From positions 3,177,406-3,241,405 of the forward strand of contig OZ253505.1 of assembly GCA_965262255.1 (NCBI GenBank): a DNA stretch of 64,000 bases, written 5' to 3'. Position 1 is the first letter of the stretch; every line of letters begins with the position of its first letter. The stretch is from Hyphomonadaceae bacterium (GTDB lineage Bacteria; Pseudomonadota; Alphaproteobacteria; Caulobacterales; Hyphomonadaceae). Positions 1 to 9,300 of this stretch are shown piece by piece. Below the pieces are notes generated by a model. That model worked only from the letters and a program-made list of their open reading frames with translations, had not been told where the DNA came from and searched no databases. Both the position numbers and the translations under genes were made by a program.

Positions 1-80
1 GCGTTGGGTGAGTTATAGACGGTTTGTATCTCCTTAGCAGTAAAGTTTGTGATTTTCTTTATAGTTTCTCTAGAGCGCTT

Positions 81-971
81 TCACATCAAGCTGTCCGCTT
101 TTTCCTTTTTCAATTTAGCAAGATATTCTCGACGAACTTTTTTCATTTGGTTTATGCAACATCGAAAGTAAGCCTTACATTCTTCAGAAGATATACTGTC
201 AAAAATTTTTGTAATCTCGTCAATTAAATCCGGCACCGTCCGTTTTTCAGCGGCTCGTAATAGCGCTTTGAGTTTTGCAAAAGCTTTCTCGATTGGATTG
301 AAATCTGGACTGTATGGCGGTAGAAATAGTATTCTTACCCCGATTTTTTCAAGAGCCTCCCGAACACGTTTTGTTTTATGCACGGACAAGTTATCCATTA
401 CCAGTACGTCTCCCGGCTTCAGTTTCTTCGAGAGATCATCAACAATCCATTTTACGAACAGGTCGGTGTTCATTGCTCCTTTGAAAGTCCAACTTGATAA
501 TATTTTCTCGTCCGTTATAGCCGCGACGCACGTAAAGTTTAATCGATGACCGTGTGGGAATGCCATATCGAGTCTCTCGCCTCGCTTACTGCGACCATGT
601 GACCGTGTCATTTTGGTCGAAACCCCTGTTTCATCTATATAAATGCGACGAAGTGATTCGCTACACTTCCTGATGAAATTCCCTCTTTGTTGGTCTATCG
701 CAGGACTTCTTTGTTCCGCAGCGTGTCCTGTTTTTTTCTTCCGTGTGTAGTTATGTCGGTAAAAGAATTGCCATAACGTAGAGATTCCGAACCTCGCTTT
801 CTCACCAAATGTAAGGATCAGAATTGTCGCTATCTCCTTCAATGTTCTGTCCCTCTTTTCTTCCAAGATCGCTATAATGGCGTAGTAGTAGCTTTCTATC
901 TTATGTGAACGACGATCTCCGCCCATCGCTTTGGGAGCAACACTTTTTTGTTTCCTTGTACTGTTTGACAT
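81..971 (-). CDS. IS630-family (Tc1/mariner-like) DDE transposase, catalytic frame (orfB)
   Basis: The translation carries family-typical blocks: IYIDETGVSTKMTRSHGRS, VMDNLSVHKT, LFLPPYSPDFNPIEKAFAKLKALLR. Confidence 0.9.
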   Translation of the reverse strand: MSNSTRKQKSVAPKAMGGDRRSHKIESYYYAIIAILEEKRDRTLKEIATILILTFGEKARFGISTLWQFFYRHNYTRKKKTGHAAEQRSPAIDQQRGNFIRKCSESLRRIYIDETGVSTKMTRSHGRSKRGERLDMAFPHGHRLNFTCVAAITDEKILSSWTFKGAMNTDLFVKWIVDDLSKKLKPGDVLVMDNLSVHKTKRVREALEKIGVRILFLPPYSPDFNPIEKAFAKLKALLRAAEKRTVPDLIDEITKIFDSISSEECKAYFRCCINQMKKVRREYLAKLKKEKADSLM

Positions 972-1095
972 ATCGTTGGAGGCTTTTTTCTGATACTCCG
1001 TATCGCTTTGCTACGACGCGTCGCGGAACACCGGATAAAACTTCCTTAACCATTTGCAAACGAAGCTCTTCGTTAATTGGGGCAGCCATGCTCAT
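901..1095 (-). CDS. IS630-family transposase N-terminal HTH frame (orfA)
   Basis: MSMAAPINEELRLQMV..RRVVAKRYGVSEKSLQRYV is a helix-turn-helix N-terminus. It overlaps orfB in the -1 frame. Confidence 0.8.
   Translation of the reverse strand: MSMAAPINEELRLQMVKEVLSGVPRRVVAKRYGVSEKSLQRYVKQYKETKKCCSQSDGRRSSFT
943..949 (-). promoter_or_regulatory. Putative -1 programmed frameshift heptamer A_AAA_AAG joining orfA to orfB
   Basis: The minus strand reads aca aaa aag tgt. A -1 slip gives ..ETKK-SVAPKAMGGDRRS, which matches the usual IS630 PK.RGG linker. Confidence 0.55.
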
Positions 1096-1205
1096 CCCCT
1101 AAAGAGTTAATGAACGAATTCTAACCCTTTTCTCTTAGTGCATTGCTTTTTTCTAATTTCCCGATCAGCGAAAACTGGACAGATTGATGTAAAATTGCTC
1201 TAGCG

Positions 1206-2097
1206 ATGGCATTGATAGAAATGTAGAACAGGTAGCGTCTCCATTTTGCGCATGAGAAAACAGCGTGTTTAATAGCTTTCAGCTCGTAACGGTCGAAGGT
1301 GGCGATGTTTTCAGCTTTGGTAAGTCATTGTTCAACGAGGCTTGAAGTAAGTCCTTCCAACAAACAGCTACCTCGGAAAGAGACACTTCAACTCCGAGAA
1401 TACTTCTTGTTACATCTTTGCGTATACCAATATCAGTAAGAATCGCAACATCACGAACTGCCCTGCTGACGCAGACTTTCTCGTTACGGGCATCAAGGAC
1501 GAGGTAAGAACATTCACGGAGTGGTCTAGAACTCCCTGCTTCGACTTACCTCTTCAATTCGTATGCTAAGCGCGACACTGTTGTAGAGGAGAGGATTTTA
1601 CGCCCGAATTCCTATAGAACCTAAATTACATTCATCATTTGAAATACCGTTTGTTTACAGGTATAGCCCGATCAATGGTGTCGGTGCGATGTCTCTCACG
1701 TTCAAGTATCTCAGGATTGAACGGAGAATCGCCGCGACCGATTGTCTTGGGAATAGAAAGGGTAAGAGTTACTAACCCGCTGTTCAGTTACTTTGGCTTA
1801 TGTCCGTTCGCTCATGACAAACGATTACTGGTACGTTCGTAATTCCTATAACAGTGATACTCTTCTCGCTTCAGTTGCATCGCTATGTTGAAGATTCTCG
1901 TCGGAACTTCACCAAAGCCAAAGGTGCCAGTTTGCGGGAGCTGCTTCTTAACTGCCCAAACTTAAATTATTATAGTCTTGTCTCGAGTCTAGTCTCCAAA
2001 AAGTTTTCGGGCGGATTCTTGATTGCGAGAAGCGTTTTCAGGGGATTTTAAAATCCCCTGAAAACGCTTTTCCCAAAAATTTGAATTTCCAGACTTA
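1206..2097 (-). pseudogene. IS256-family (Mutator-like) transposase, heavily decayed, cut by the IS630
   Basis: The minus-strand translation, broken by stops, reads YLVLDARNEKVCVSRAVRDVAILTDIGIRKDVTRSILGVEVSLSE. This follows the IS256 pattern YL.lDA..K.R....AiG....G.R.iLG...SE. The terminal sequence taagtctggaaattc at 2097 is shared with three other IS256 fragments. Confidence 0.6.
2030..2069. repeat. Perfect 40-bp palindrome inside the IS256 terminal region
   Basis: aagcgttttcaggggatttt / aaaatcccctgaaaacgctt are exact reverse complements. Imperfect versions occur at about 47383..47422 and 54220..54259. Confidence 0.9.
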
Positions 2098-2521
2098 ACC
2101 CTACAGTACCACGGATTAGAGGAGTGTACAGATAACACTTGGATATTCGGAGAGAAATCTAACTTATGTGTGACTGACAGAAATTTGATGAGGGTGCTTG
2201 AAAAGTACAGTGAGTACTTGTATCCAAACATTCAAATAGATGAACCTGTAACCTTGGTCGACAAAAAAAAGAGGATTATTGACCTTATGCTGTCACAACA
2301 AACACATTTAGAACATAAGTTTCCAGATTGGTACAAGTAACGAATTACTCCGTTGATGGGTACTTCCTGTTACTGTGCATCAAGAATGACACAACACTAC
2401 AGTCTCAAAATGTGATATAAAGAGAACTCGCTGACAAACCTATTGTTACAGAACAGTTTCTTATAGCTATATTTGAGCATGTTCGAGAATCAGTGTTGCC
2501 ACGAGTATAGAAAATTAGTAA

Positions 2522-3160
2522 TTGATGGAGAGGGAAATGTCTCAGCGACGCGAAATCGAATTTGTTAGGCTGTATGACGTGTCGAACCAAAAGTATGTTG
2601 ACGCTGAACTGAGAAATTTTATCTCAGAAGACAGTGTTGAGGATTGGCGTAGTAATTGGGTACCCGAAATGTTTAGACTTGTTGGTCGTATATTTGATCG
2701 TGGAGGTGAAATTAGGGAACATATAGATAGTTCAAAGTGGAATTGGAGTGCAAAGGTATCAGACATGCGTTTAACCGACAGCCAAATGGGATGTTCCTTA
2801 GTTAGTCAGGGAGAAACACAAGCGATGATGATCGTCGACATTAATAAAAAATGTAAACTTCCGCAGCAACAAAATGGAGATTTAGTGTATATTGAGTACA
2901 TTCAAACTGCGCCGTGGAACAACCGCCGTTTGAACGATAATTTTGTTCGGTTCGCAGGTTGCGGTAGTATTCTGTTTCATAAGGCGATCAGATTAAGTAG
3001 AGCGATGTCAATGGGCGGACGCATAGGGCTCCACTCCTTACAAAGCTCCATAGGTTTCTACGAAAGAGCAGGAATGAGCAATTTGGGTTTTGATTTTGAT
3101 AATCCTAGACTTACATACTTCGAAATGACCCCGCAACAGGCGGACAACTTTACACTTTAA
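2522..3160 (+). CDS. GNAT-like N-acetyltransferase (putative)
   Basis: The C-terminal half reads LVYIEYIQTAPWNNRR...FAGCGSILFHKAIRLSRAMSMGGRIGLHSL..SIGFYERAGM. This resembles the GNAT acetyl-CoA binding core. Not verified by HMM. Confidence 0.55.
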   Translation: MMEREMSQRREIEFVRLYDVSNQKYVDAELRNFISEDSVEDWRSNWVPEMFRLVGRIFDRGGEIREHIDSSKWNWSAKVSDMRLTDSQMGCSLVSQGETQAMMIVDINKKCKLPQQQNGDLVYIEYIQTAPWNNRRLNDNFVRFAGCGSILFHKAIRLSRAMSMGGRIGLHSLQSSIGFYERAGMSNLGFDFDNPRLTYFEMTPQQADNFTL

Positions 3161-3170
3161 GGACGAAAAA

Positions 3171-3680
3171 ATGGCAACCTCACCCTCCCTCAGTTGGCAC
3201 GAAAGAGCGGTAGAACTCGAAATGTCATACGGCGGCCCAGTTGAAGCAGGTGTTTTAGCTCATCGATTTGAAAAATTCTTTACAAAACAACCAGATGCTG
3301 AGAAGCGCCATTTAGCTTCACTAAACTTCTACTGTTTCGTTCATTATTCGCGCAGGAAAAGCAGACTGAGCGTTAGAGACTTGGCTCAGAAATCAGGAGT
3401 TGAGTACAGTGAACTTATCTCTTTAGAACGTGACACCCAGTACAAACTCAAACGAGACTCAGTGGTTAAGCTTGCGAAATTTTTTGGTGTTGATGAAAAC
3501 GCGCTCGTAAATATGGCGCGCTTGGATGAACCGCAGTTCGATCCGACCTGGGAAGACGACCCAATTCAATTTCCTGATCATGTTGCGACAACAGTTGAAC
3601 TAGGCGAATTTGAACGGATAGCCGTCCTAGCACTTGAGGAAATTTTGGCGCAAATGGCTAGTATCGACTGTGCTGATTGA
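3171..3680 (+). CDS. XRE-family helix-turn-helix protein
   Basis: LSVRDLAQKSGVEYSELISLERDTQYKLKRDSVVKLAKFFGV is a classic HTH_3 pattern. The gene starts 10 nt after the GNAT stop, behind an aagga motif. Confidence 0.7.
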   Translation: MATSPSLSWHERAVELEMSYGGPVEAGVLAHRFEKFFTKQPDAEKRHLASLNFYCFVHYSRRKSRLSVRDLAQKSGVEYSELISLERDTQYKLKRDSVVKLAKFFGVDENALVNMARLDEPQFDPTWEDDPIQFPDHVATTVELGEFERIAVLALEEILAQMASIDCAD

Positions 3681-3759
3681 TATGTTACCTGTACCATTTG
3701 CTATTCTGGTGTCAGGCCCTTTTCGTCTAGGATCACCCACATTTATGGCGATGTTTGAG

Positions 3760-3885
3760 AAATTTAAGGTCTCATTTAGACGAGTTGAATGGGAAGATCC
3801 TCTGCGATAGGTGTTGAATGCTACTTAAATTTTGGGCGATCTTCCCCTCTCTGAGAGACCTAGTTTCCATAATTAGTGGACCAAT
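3760..3885. repeat. Hairpin repeat family, copy a
   Basis: gggaagatc (3791) and gatcttccc (3838) are inverted arms, followed by ctctctgagagacctagtttccataattagtggaccaat. The same unit recurs at the other copies listed. Confidence 0.85.
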
Positions 3886-4005
3886 GCAGCTTGTTATTTT
3901 GTCCAATGTACGTTAGGACAACAAAGATTTCCGTATGTGTTTCCCAATACTTGAATTTTTATAGACTCAACGTTATATGAAATCCATTGAGTAAGGAAAA
4001 ATATT

Positions 4006-4383
4006 ATGCCTCAAAATCTCGCAGTTGGACTTCACCAACGCACAAAGGTTCTTACGAAAGCCGTGATTCGTTCGGCTGACTTGCTGGGGATACAGGAGCA
4101 TGATCTTGCACTAATTCTAAAACTTCCAGAACAGTGTATTCATCAAATGGCTAACAATCAGTACTGGCTGGAAGAGGGTTCGAAGCCCTTCAAAAATGCC
4201 GTTAAACTAGTGCGGCTATTCCGTTCTTTAGATTCTATCACGGGTGGAGATAGCGAAATTGCAAAAAATTGGCTACTTTGTCATAACATTGTTTTAGGCG
4301 GTCGCCCAATAGATAAAATTAAAACTGATTCAGGACTTGTAAATGGCATTACCTACTTGGATTCCCGACGCGCTCCGCTCTGA
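4006..4383 (+). CDS. Xre/DUF2384-type antitoxin (ParS/MbcA-like)
   Basis: The C-terminus IAKNWLLCHNIVLGGRPIDKIKTDSGLVNGITYLD matches the Wl..pn..LgG..P.d...t..G toxin-binding domain pattern. It sits immediately upstream of a RES gene. Confidence 0.8.
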   Translation: MPQNLAVGLHQRTKVLTKAVIRSADLLGIQEHDLALILKLPEQCIHQMANNQYWLEEGSKPFKNAVKLVRLFRSLDSITGGDSEIAKNWLLCHNIVLGGRPIDKIKTDSGLVNGITYLDSRRAPL

Positions 4384-5104
4384 ACAGGGTTCGCTGGAAA
4401 AAAAATTATGGCGGTGCGTTGAGGCTCAACACATCGTCTCTACAATGAAGATTGTCAGTTCGTTGCCAGAACAGTATTTGCTTGAAGATATACTTGAGGA
4501 AGATAAGCCAGAAGTACCAAACGAGTGCAATGGTCTACATTATCTGTTTATGACACCTTTTCGATACGGGTTATACAAAAACGGATCCCGTTTCCGGCGG
4601 GCTGGGTTCACTTCGGGGGTCTTTTATTCTTCTGAGAGTCCGTCCACTGCTTTGTTTGAGACAGCATTTCATTTGTTTTTGTTTTACGCAGAATCAGAGA
4701 ACCTTTCTTTTCCATCTCAACCAAGCGAACATACGATTTTTGATGTGCCTGTTAAATCGAAACATGCGATTGACCTGACAAGAACCCCATTTAATAATGT
4801 TGCACCACTATGGACACATCGTACAAACTACGAACCGTGCCAGCAACTGGAGGAAATTGCGCGTCAACAGGGCGTTCAGCTAATTCGTTATTCATCGGTG
4901 CGTGACCCGGATAGAAAGGCGAACGTTGCGATTTTGAACTGTAGCGCCTTCGCCTCGACAGCACCAAAGGAACAACAAACTTGGCAGCTTTCAATTAACA
5001 GTAAAGGTCTAGACGCTTTCTGTAGATTCAGAAACGAAAGAATCAGTGTCTCCTCAGTCGATTTAGTTGCTGATGAACGACTTAGGAAGTTGTGGACTTC
5101 TTGA
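4343..5104 (+). CDS. RES-domain toxin (NAD+-targeting family)
   Basis: The R, E and S landmarks are present: GSRFRRAG, FYSSESPSTALFE, LIRYSSVRDPDRKANVAILN. It overlaps the antitoxin 3' end by 41 nt if the start is at 4343. Confidence 0.85.
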   Translation: MALPTWIPDALRSEQGSLEKKLWRCVEAQHIVSTMKIVSSLPEQYLLEDILEEDKPEVPNECNGLHYLFMTPFRYGLYKNGSRFRRAGFTSGVFYSSESPSTALFETAFHLFLFYAESENLSFPSQPSEHTIFDVPVKSKHAIDLTRTPFNNVAPLWTHRTNYEPCQQLEEIARQQGVQLIRYSSVRDPDRKANVAILNCSAFASTAPKEQQTWQLSINSKGLDAFCRFRNERISVSSVDLVADERLRKLWTS

Positions 5105-5114
5105 ACTATATTTG

Positions 5115-5216
5115 CCGAAGGGAAGATCCCCTTCTGTAGGTGTTAAACTGGTACCTAAAGTATGGGGCGATCTTCCCCTCTCTGAGAGACCTAGTTTCCA
5201 TAATTAGTGAACCAAT
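5115..5216. repeat. Hairpin repeat family, copy b (same orientation as copy a)
   Basis: agggaagatcccc ... gcgatcttcccctctctgagagacctagtttccataattagtgaaccaat is nearly identical to copy a. Confidence 0.85.
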
Positions 5217-5290
5217 TCATTCGCTTGCATTTATTTTAAAATAGCTATAAACTTACTCATCCTATCATCCTTCACCCCTCGGCAAATGTA

Positions 5291-6010
5291 ATGGCTGAAG
5301 ATCTTCATCAGAATCCGTCTACCCCAGATGGAACTCCCGATTTCTCTAATTTATCGCGGGGTTTCCAACACGAACATACTTCAGATACATCCAACAATCG
5401 GATTGCTGGTGAAGGGGAAGAGGCCGGGTTAGACCAAGTTGACGAATTCGAAACAGCGGCGAACAATACTCTCATTAATCGGCAAAGTCGCGTGGAGAGG
5501 GCAGAAGCGAGTTCTAAAGAGAGAATGGACAAACTAGAGAAGAGTTTGAAAGAAACTGTAAACGGACTAGTGGAGAGAATAGACAAGTCAGAGTCGGATT
5601 CTAAAGAGAGAATGAACAAACTAGAGAAGAGTTTGAAAGAAACTGTAAACGGACTAGTGGAGAGAAAAGACAAGTCGGAGTCGGATTCTAAAGAGAGAAC
5701 GAACAAACTAGAGAAGAGTTTGAAAGAAACTTTAGACGAACTAGTGGAGAAAATAGACAATTTTCAGGCAGAAAATAGAGAAAATTTTCAACTATTGGTG
5801 ACTGCCCAAAAAGAACTCAACCAAAAAATGGACACCTTAATTGAAAAAGTGATGGATAGGCTCGACGAGAATGAAAAAGCAACTGCAAAACTTCAATCTG
5901 AGGTAGCGACCTTGAAGCGAATCGATAGTTGGATTTTTAGAGTTTTGGCTATCTTGGTAACAACTGCTATCTTAGTTTATCTCTCATTTACGCTACCAAA
6001 ATTGTTCTAA
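5291..6010 (+). CDS. Coiled-coil, C-terminally membrane-anchored protein with 29-aa tandem repeats
   Basis: It contains three SKERMxKLEKSLKETVNGLVERxDKSESD units. The C-terminus is hydrophobic: RIDSWIFRVLAILVTTAILVYLSF. The paralog at 43179..43823 shares the LKRIDSWIF anchor. Confidence 0.7.
   Translation: MAEDLHQNPSTPDGTPDFSNLSRGFQHEHTSDTSNNRIAGEGEEAGLDQVDEFETAANNTLINRQSRVERAEASSKERMDKLEKSLKETVNGLVERIDKSESDSKERMNKLEKSLKETVNGLVERKDKSESDSKERTNKLEKSLKETLDELVEKIDNFQAENRENFQLLVTAQKELNQKMDTLIEKVMDRLDENEKATAKLQSEVATLKRIDSWIFRVLAILVTTAILVYLSFTLPKLF
5498..5760. repeat. 87-bp in-frame tandem repeat, about 3 copies
   Basis: tctaaagagagaa starts at 5513, 5600 and 5687, giving a period of 87. Confidence 0.9.
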
Positions 6011-6057
6011 GTGTCTGCCAATAACTCAAATTTGAGGAATGGCACATGTATTTTCAA

Positions 6058-6390
6058 TCAATCTAACTGTCGTAAATCATTGGGTGCGATTTCATGGAGA
6101 GTGCAAATCCTTAGAATAGTTTTGTCGATTAGCAATTGAATCTCGCTAAGATTTGCTCCCGTAGAGCAACGCTCAGCAACCAACAACTCCGCCAAATAAT
6201 GACAGAGCCAACGGCTTAGGACATTTCCTCGTGCGCTAATCTTCATTTTTTGAAAAATTCTTTCTCCAAGTGCCAAAGTTTCGTTCGGCGCCTTCAATCT
6301 CTCCAGATCCTCTGAGGAGCAAGATTCGCACGAATGTAACCTCATTTTCGCTTTTTGAACCAGATAAATGCCTTTGTTGCTGTCGCTCAT
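6058..6390 (-). CDS. Small conserved protein overlapping the 3' end of the giant STAND gene
   Basis: The ATGAGCGA start and the 155-nt out-of-frame overlap are both conserved in the paralogous locus (22231..22599). The non-overlapping part is conserved at protein level: RWLCHYLAELLVAER vs RWLCHYLSELLITER. Confidence 0.65.
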   Translation of the reverse strand: MSDSNKGIYLVQKAKMRLHSCESCSSEDLERLKAPNETLALGERIFQKMKISARGNVLSRWLCHYLAELLVAERCSTGANLSEIQLLIDKTILRICTLHEIAPNDLRQLD

Positions 6391-9300
6391 TTCGGGTTAC
6401 TCCTACCTCAGTTATCAAATCAAATTTTTCTATTTCTAAGAGTTTTGCAATATCTCTCCTACGAGCAAGCAGTCGATGCCCCGAAGAAACAACGCCCTCC
6501 ACAATTCTCAGATTACTGTCACTTTGTACTCGTTCGCCCCATGCCTCGTATATAAAACTTGGAAGTTTGTGTCCTTTTCTATACCATGCCAGATTTGGTG
6601 AGTAGGTGCGCGTAAGTTCCAGACTTCTCTGCGCAATTGTACCTGGCATTATGGCAATATTGCCAATGTCTTGGCAAAGTGAATCTTTAGAGTCTAAGCC
6701 TAAATTTCCGTCAGGTTGAACGAGCCAACTCTTCAATTCAAAGCCATCTTCTGTAATATCCGACCTACTCCCTTCCGGACCCAAGTAATAGTCAGACGTG
6801 TATTGAGCAGTTTGAAGAGCATTCACCAAAGAATGCGCTGTTTGCGGCGATACTAGTGATGAGAAAATCTGTACGACTTCTTGGTGATTTCGCCATTTTG
6901 TCTCAGTGCTAGCGTGAACAACTAAGTAGTCTGGGCGATCAGATGGCATCAGTTCTGCAATAAACTCCTCATCATCAATACTCGAAAACCAATTTGTAGA
7001 GAATGAGTTCGGACTGCACCAGTGTTTCAAATTGAGTGGCCTTAATCCAACCATATCGGAAAGCCAAACTGGTGGAAAACTAAGCATTCCGCAAGAAATT
7101 TGGTCGGCTAGTCCTTCGTCACCCTCATATCTTGGTTTTGACAATTTATGTGAAGAAAGCAGTTCCCCTACAGTACACCACATTGCGTGCCATTCTAGGT
7201 AGGTGCGATAGTGTTCAACTGTAGGTAAGTGACCGTGACTATTCGTTGTTCGTTCCGAATGATATTTTTTGAACCTTACCGAACGAAAATGCCTTGAGCC
7301 ATTGGACTCCTTGCCAATGTATCCCCATTTATCAATAATCCAGCGTTCTGCTATTCTTTGAAAATCGTTATTCGATAGCCCCTCAAATATTCTAGTCCAA
7401 GGTTCATACCAATAACGTAGTGTATCCAAGCCATCAAAATCAAACCTAGTTTGCTCTTTTTGTTTTTGTCCTCCGTTAAGTAATAGATCTATCGTAACTC
7501 TTACGTCTTCCTCCTCCAAGTCTACGTTATCAGCTCGTGCTAAAGGACTCTGATTTACTTTTTCTAAGTTACTAATTTCATCTTTTCCGAGCGATAAAAA
7601 TCCCGATGAATGAAGTTCTAATGCTGCGTCACGGGCATATGCCTTTATAAGAACATGAGGAAAATCATCACTTACAGCAATCTCAAATAGTTCCTGTCCC
7701 AAACTAGCGATTTCTTTCGGGGATTCTTCTGAAATCCTGCTCAGAGCGATTACTAACCAGAGGCGAGCAGAGATCCAGTAAAATGGTTCTTCAGGACTAC
7801 GAAACACAGGTTCTGACATACGACCCCACTGCCGCCATATACAGTCGATTAAATCACTCTCTCCTAATCTAGCCAAACGTCGAACTGCATGAGCCGCACG
7901 CCATCGGACACGCAAATCAATGTCACCGAGAAACGCGTAAATGAAGCGAGCGACTGTCTCGTTTGCAGAGGTGGGAATGGCATCCCTTACCTCCATTTCT
8001 CTATCATCTTTTCGGATGCTCGTTAGAAGTCTATCGACATACCATTCGAAAAGTTTTGCCGCTGAAGCGGGTTCTTGTTTAGAAGCGATTATTCCTGCTA
8101 TCGCCAACGTAACACGGGAACTCAATTTTTCGCCATTTCTTTGAATAACGTCTAGCAAAATTTCAACAGCTTGTTCGTTTGAGGCTTTCGACAGATTAAG
8201 AATTTCCGAAAGTCTCTTATCTACCCCGTGGAGAAAATTAAAATCAGTAGCGAAGTACAACGAAATTATTCTAGGCAGTTCATTTCTATACCACTCCAGC
8301 ACTGCGTCTTGCGCTTTCCATTTAGCGACTGTATCAGTGATCACGTTCATAATAGACTCGTCTGGACAATTTTCCTGCACCTCCATTAGAGCTTCAAGAT
8401 GATTTATACTGTCGCCGAAAGCAACTTTATTGGTTGCCGATTCTAGGACCATTTCCAGTGACACATTCTCTTTATTCTCACGGCAAATTCGAATGATAGC
8501 ATCGGCTCGGACTTTCAATCGCCGACCGCTTAATAGATCTTCGCGATCCCAATGATGGGAATCTAGCGATGCAAACTGCTTCTTGTGCAACTGCTGACCT
8601 ACGTCGTTATCATTTTTCGCCGCGGGAAGGCTTTTTTTGAACTCAAAGTACTGTGTTAATCGAGCATTAGAAATTCCCGTGCAGTATTTAGACACAAAGT
8701 CTTTTATGCGATCTGTACAGTCAATTCGATTAGATAGTAAGTCTAGACGAACCTCTTCAGCTATACCAACGCAAGAATCTTGCTCTTCTGTTATGTCAAT
8801 CATCTTTTCTACATCTTCTGGCTTTGTAGTCTCTGCTATAATCATAAGTGCATGGCCAGCTGAACAGGAAATTTGATTTGTTGAAGTAGCGATGTGTACA
8901 ATTCTCGCTAAGTTGTTTTCTAAACTGACAATTCCTTGGTCATGCCATTTCGCAATAGATGCTAACGCTATGTTCGCATCTAAGCGAGCAATTGATGAAA
9001 GAGCTTCTCGCCATGGGAAGTGATGAGCGTACTTGACCCGTCTATAGGCATTCTCAACGATTAGGGTCAGAGCCGTGGCAAATTTTGATCGATTTTCGCT
9101 CATGCTCGTTAAGCCGAAGCGGACGAGAATATCAAACAGTCGGATTACATCTGCGATTTCAGATGAAATATCTCCAGCAACGTCAATCGATTTGTTGAAG
9201 ATAATCTTACTCTCGTCGGAACTTATTGGTATTAATAGTTCTGCTAAAGACATCAAACATTGGCTTTTCTCATAGGCTCCTGTTCTATCTTTTTGCCAAA

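Larger units (their letters stand above)
60..1205 (-). mobile_element. IS630-family insertion sequence (ends approximate)
   Basis: Contains the two overlapping transposase frames at 81..971 and 901..1095. A possible terminal motif ttgctctag lies at about 1195, and ctctagagc lies at about 70. The ends were not rigorously mapped. Confidence 0.6.

Noticed and set aside
5308-5760. 150-aa ORF antisense to the coiled-coil gene
   Set aside because: It is the mirror of the 87-bp tandem repeat and its sequence is low complexity (SLFxLSLESDSDLS). The sense frame has a coherent coiled coil plus an anchor, and a paralog.
5498-5760. Checked all tandem and interspersed repeats for CRISPR-like architecture
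   Set aside because: The repeats are contiguous with no unique spacers (87-bp and 15-bp units), or are dispersed IS ends. No regular repeat-spacer array and no cas genes are present.
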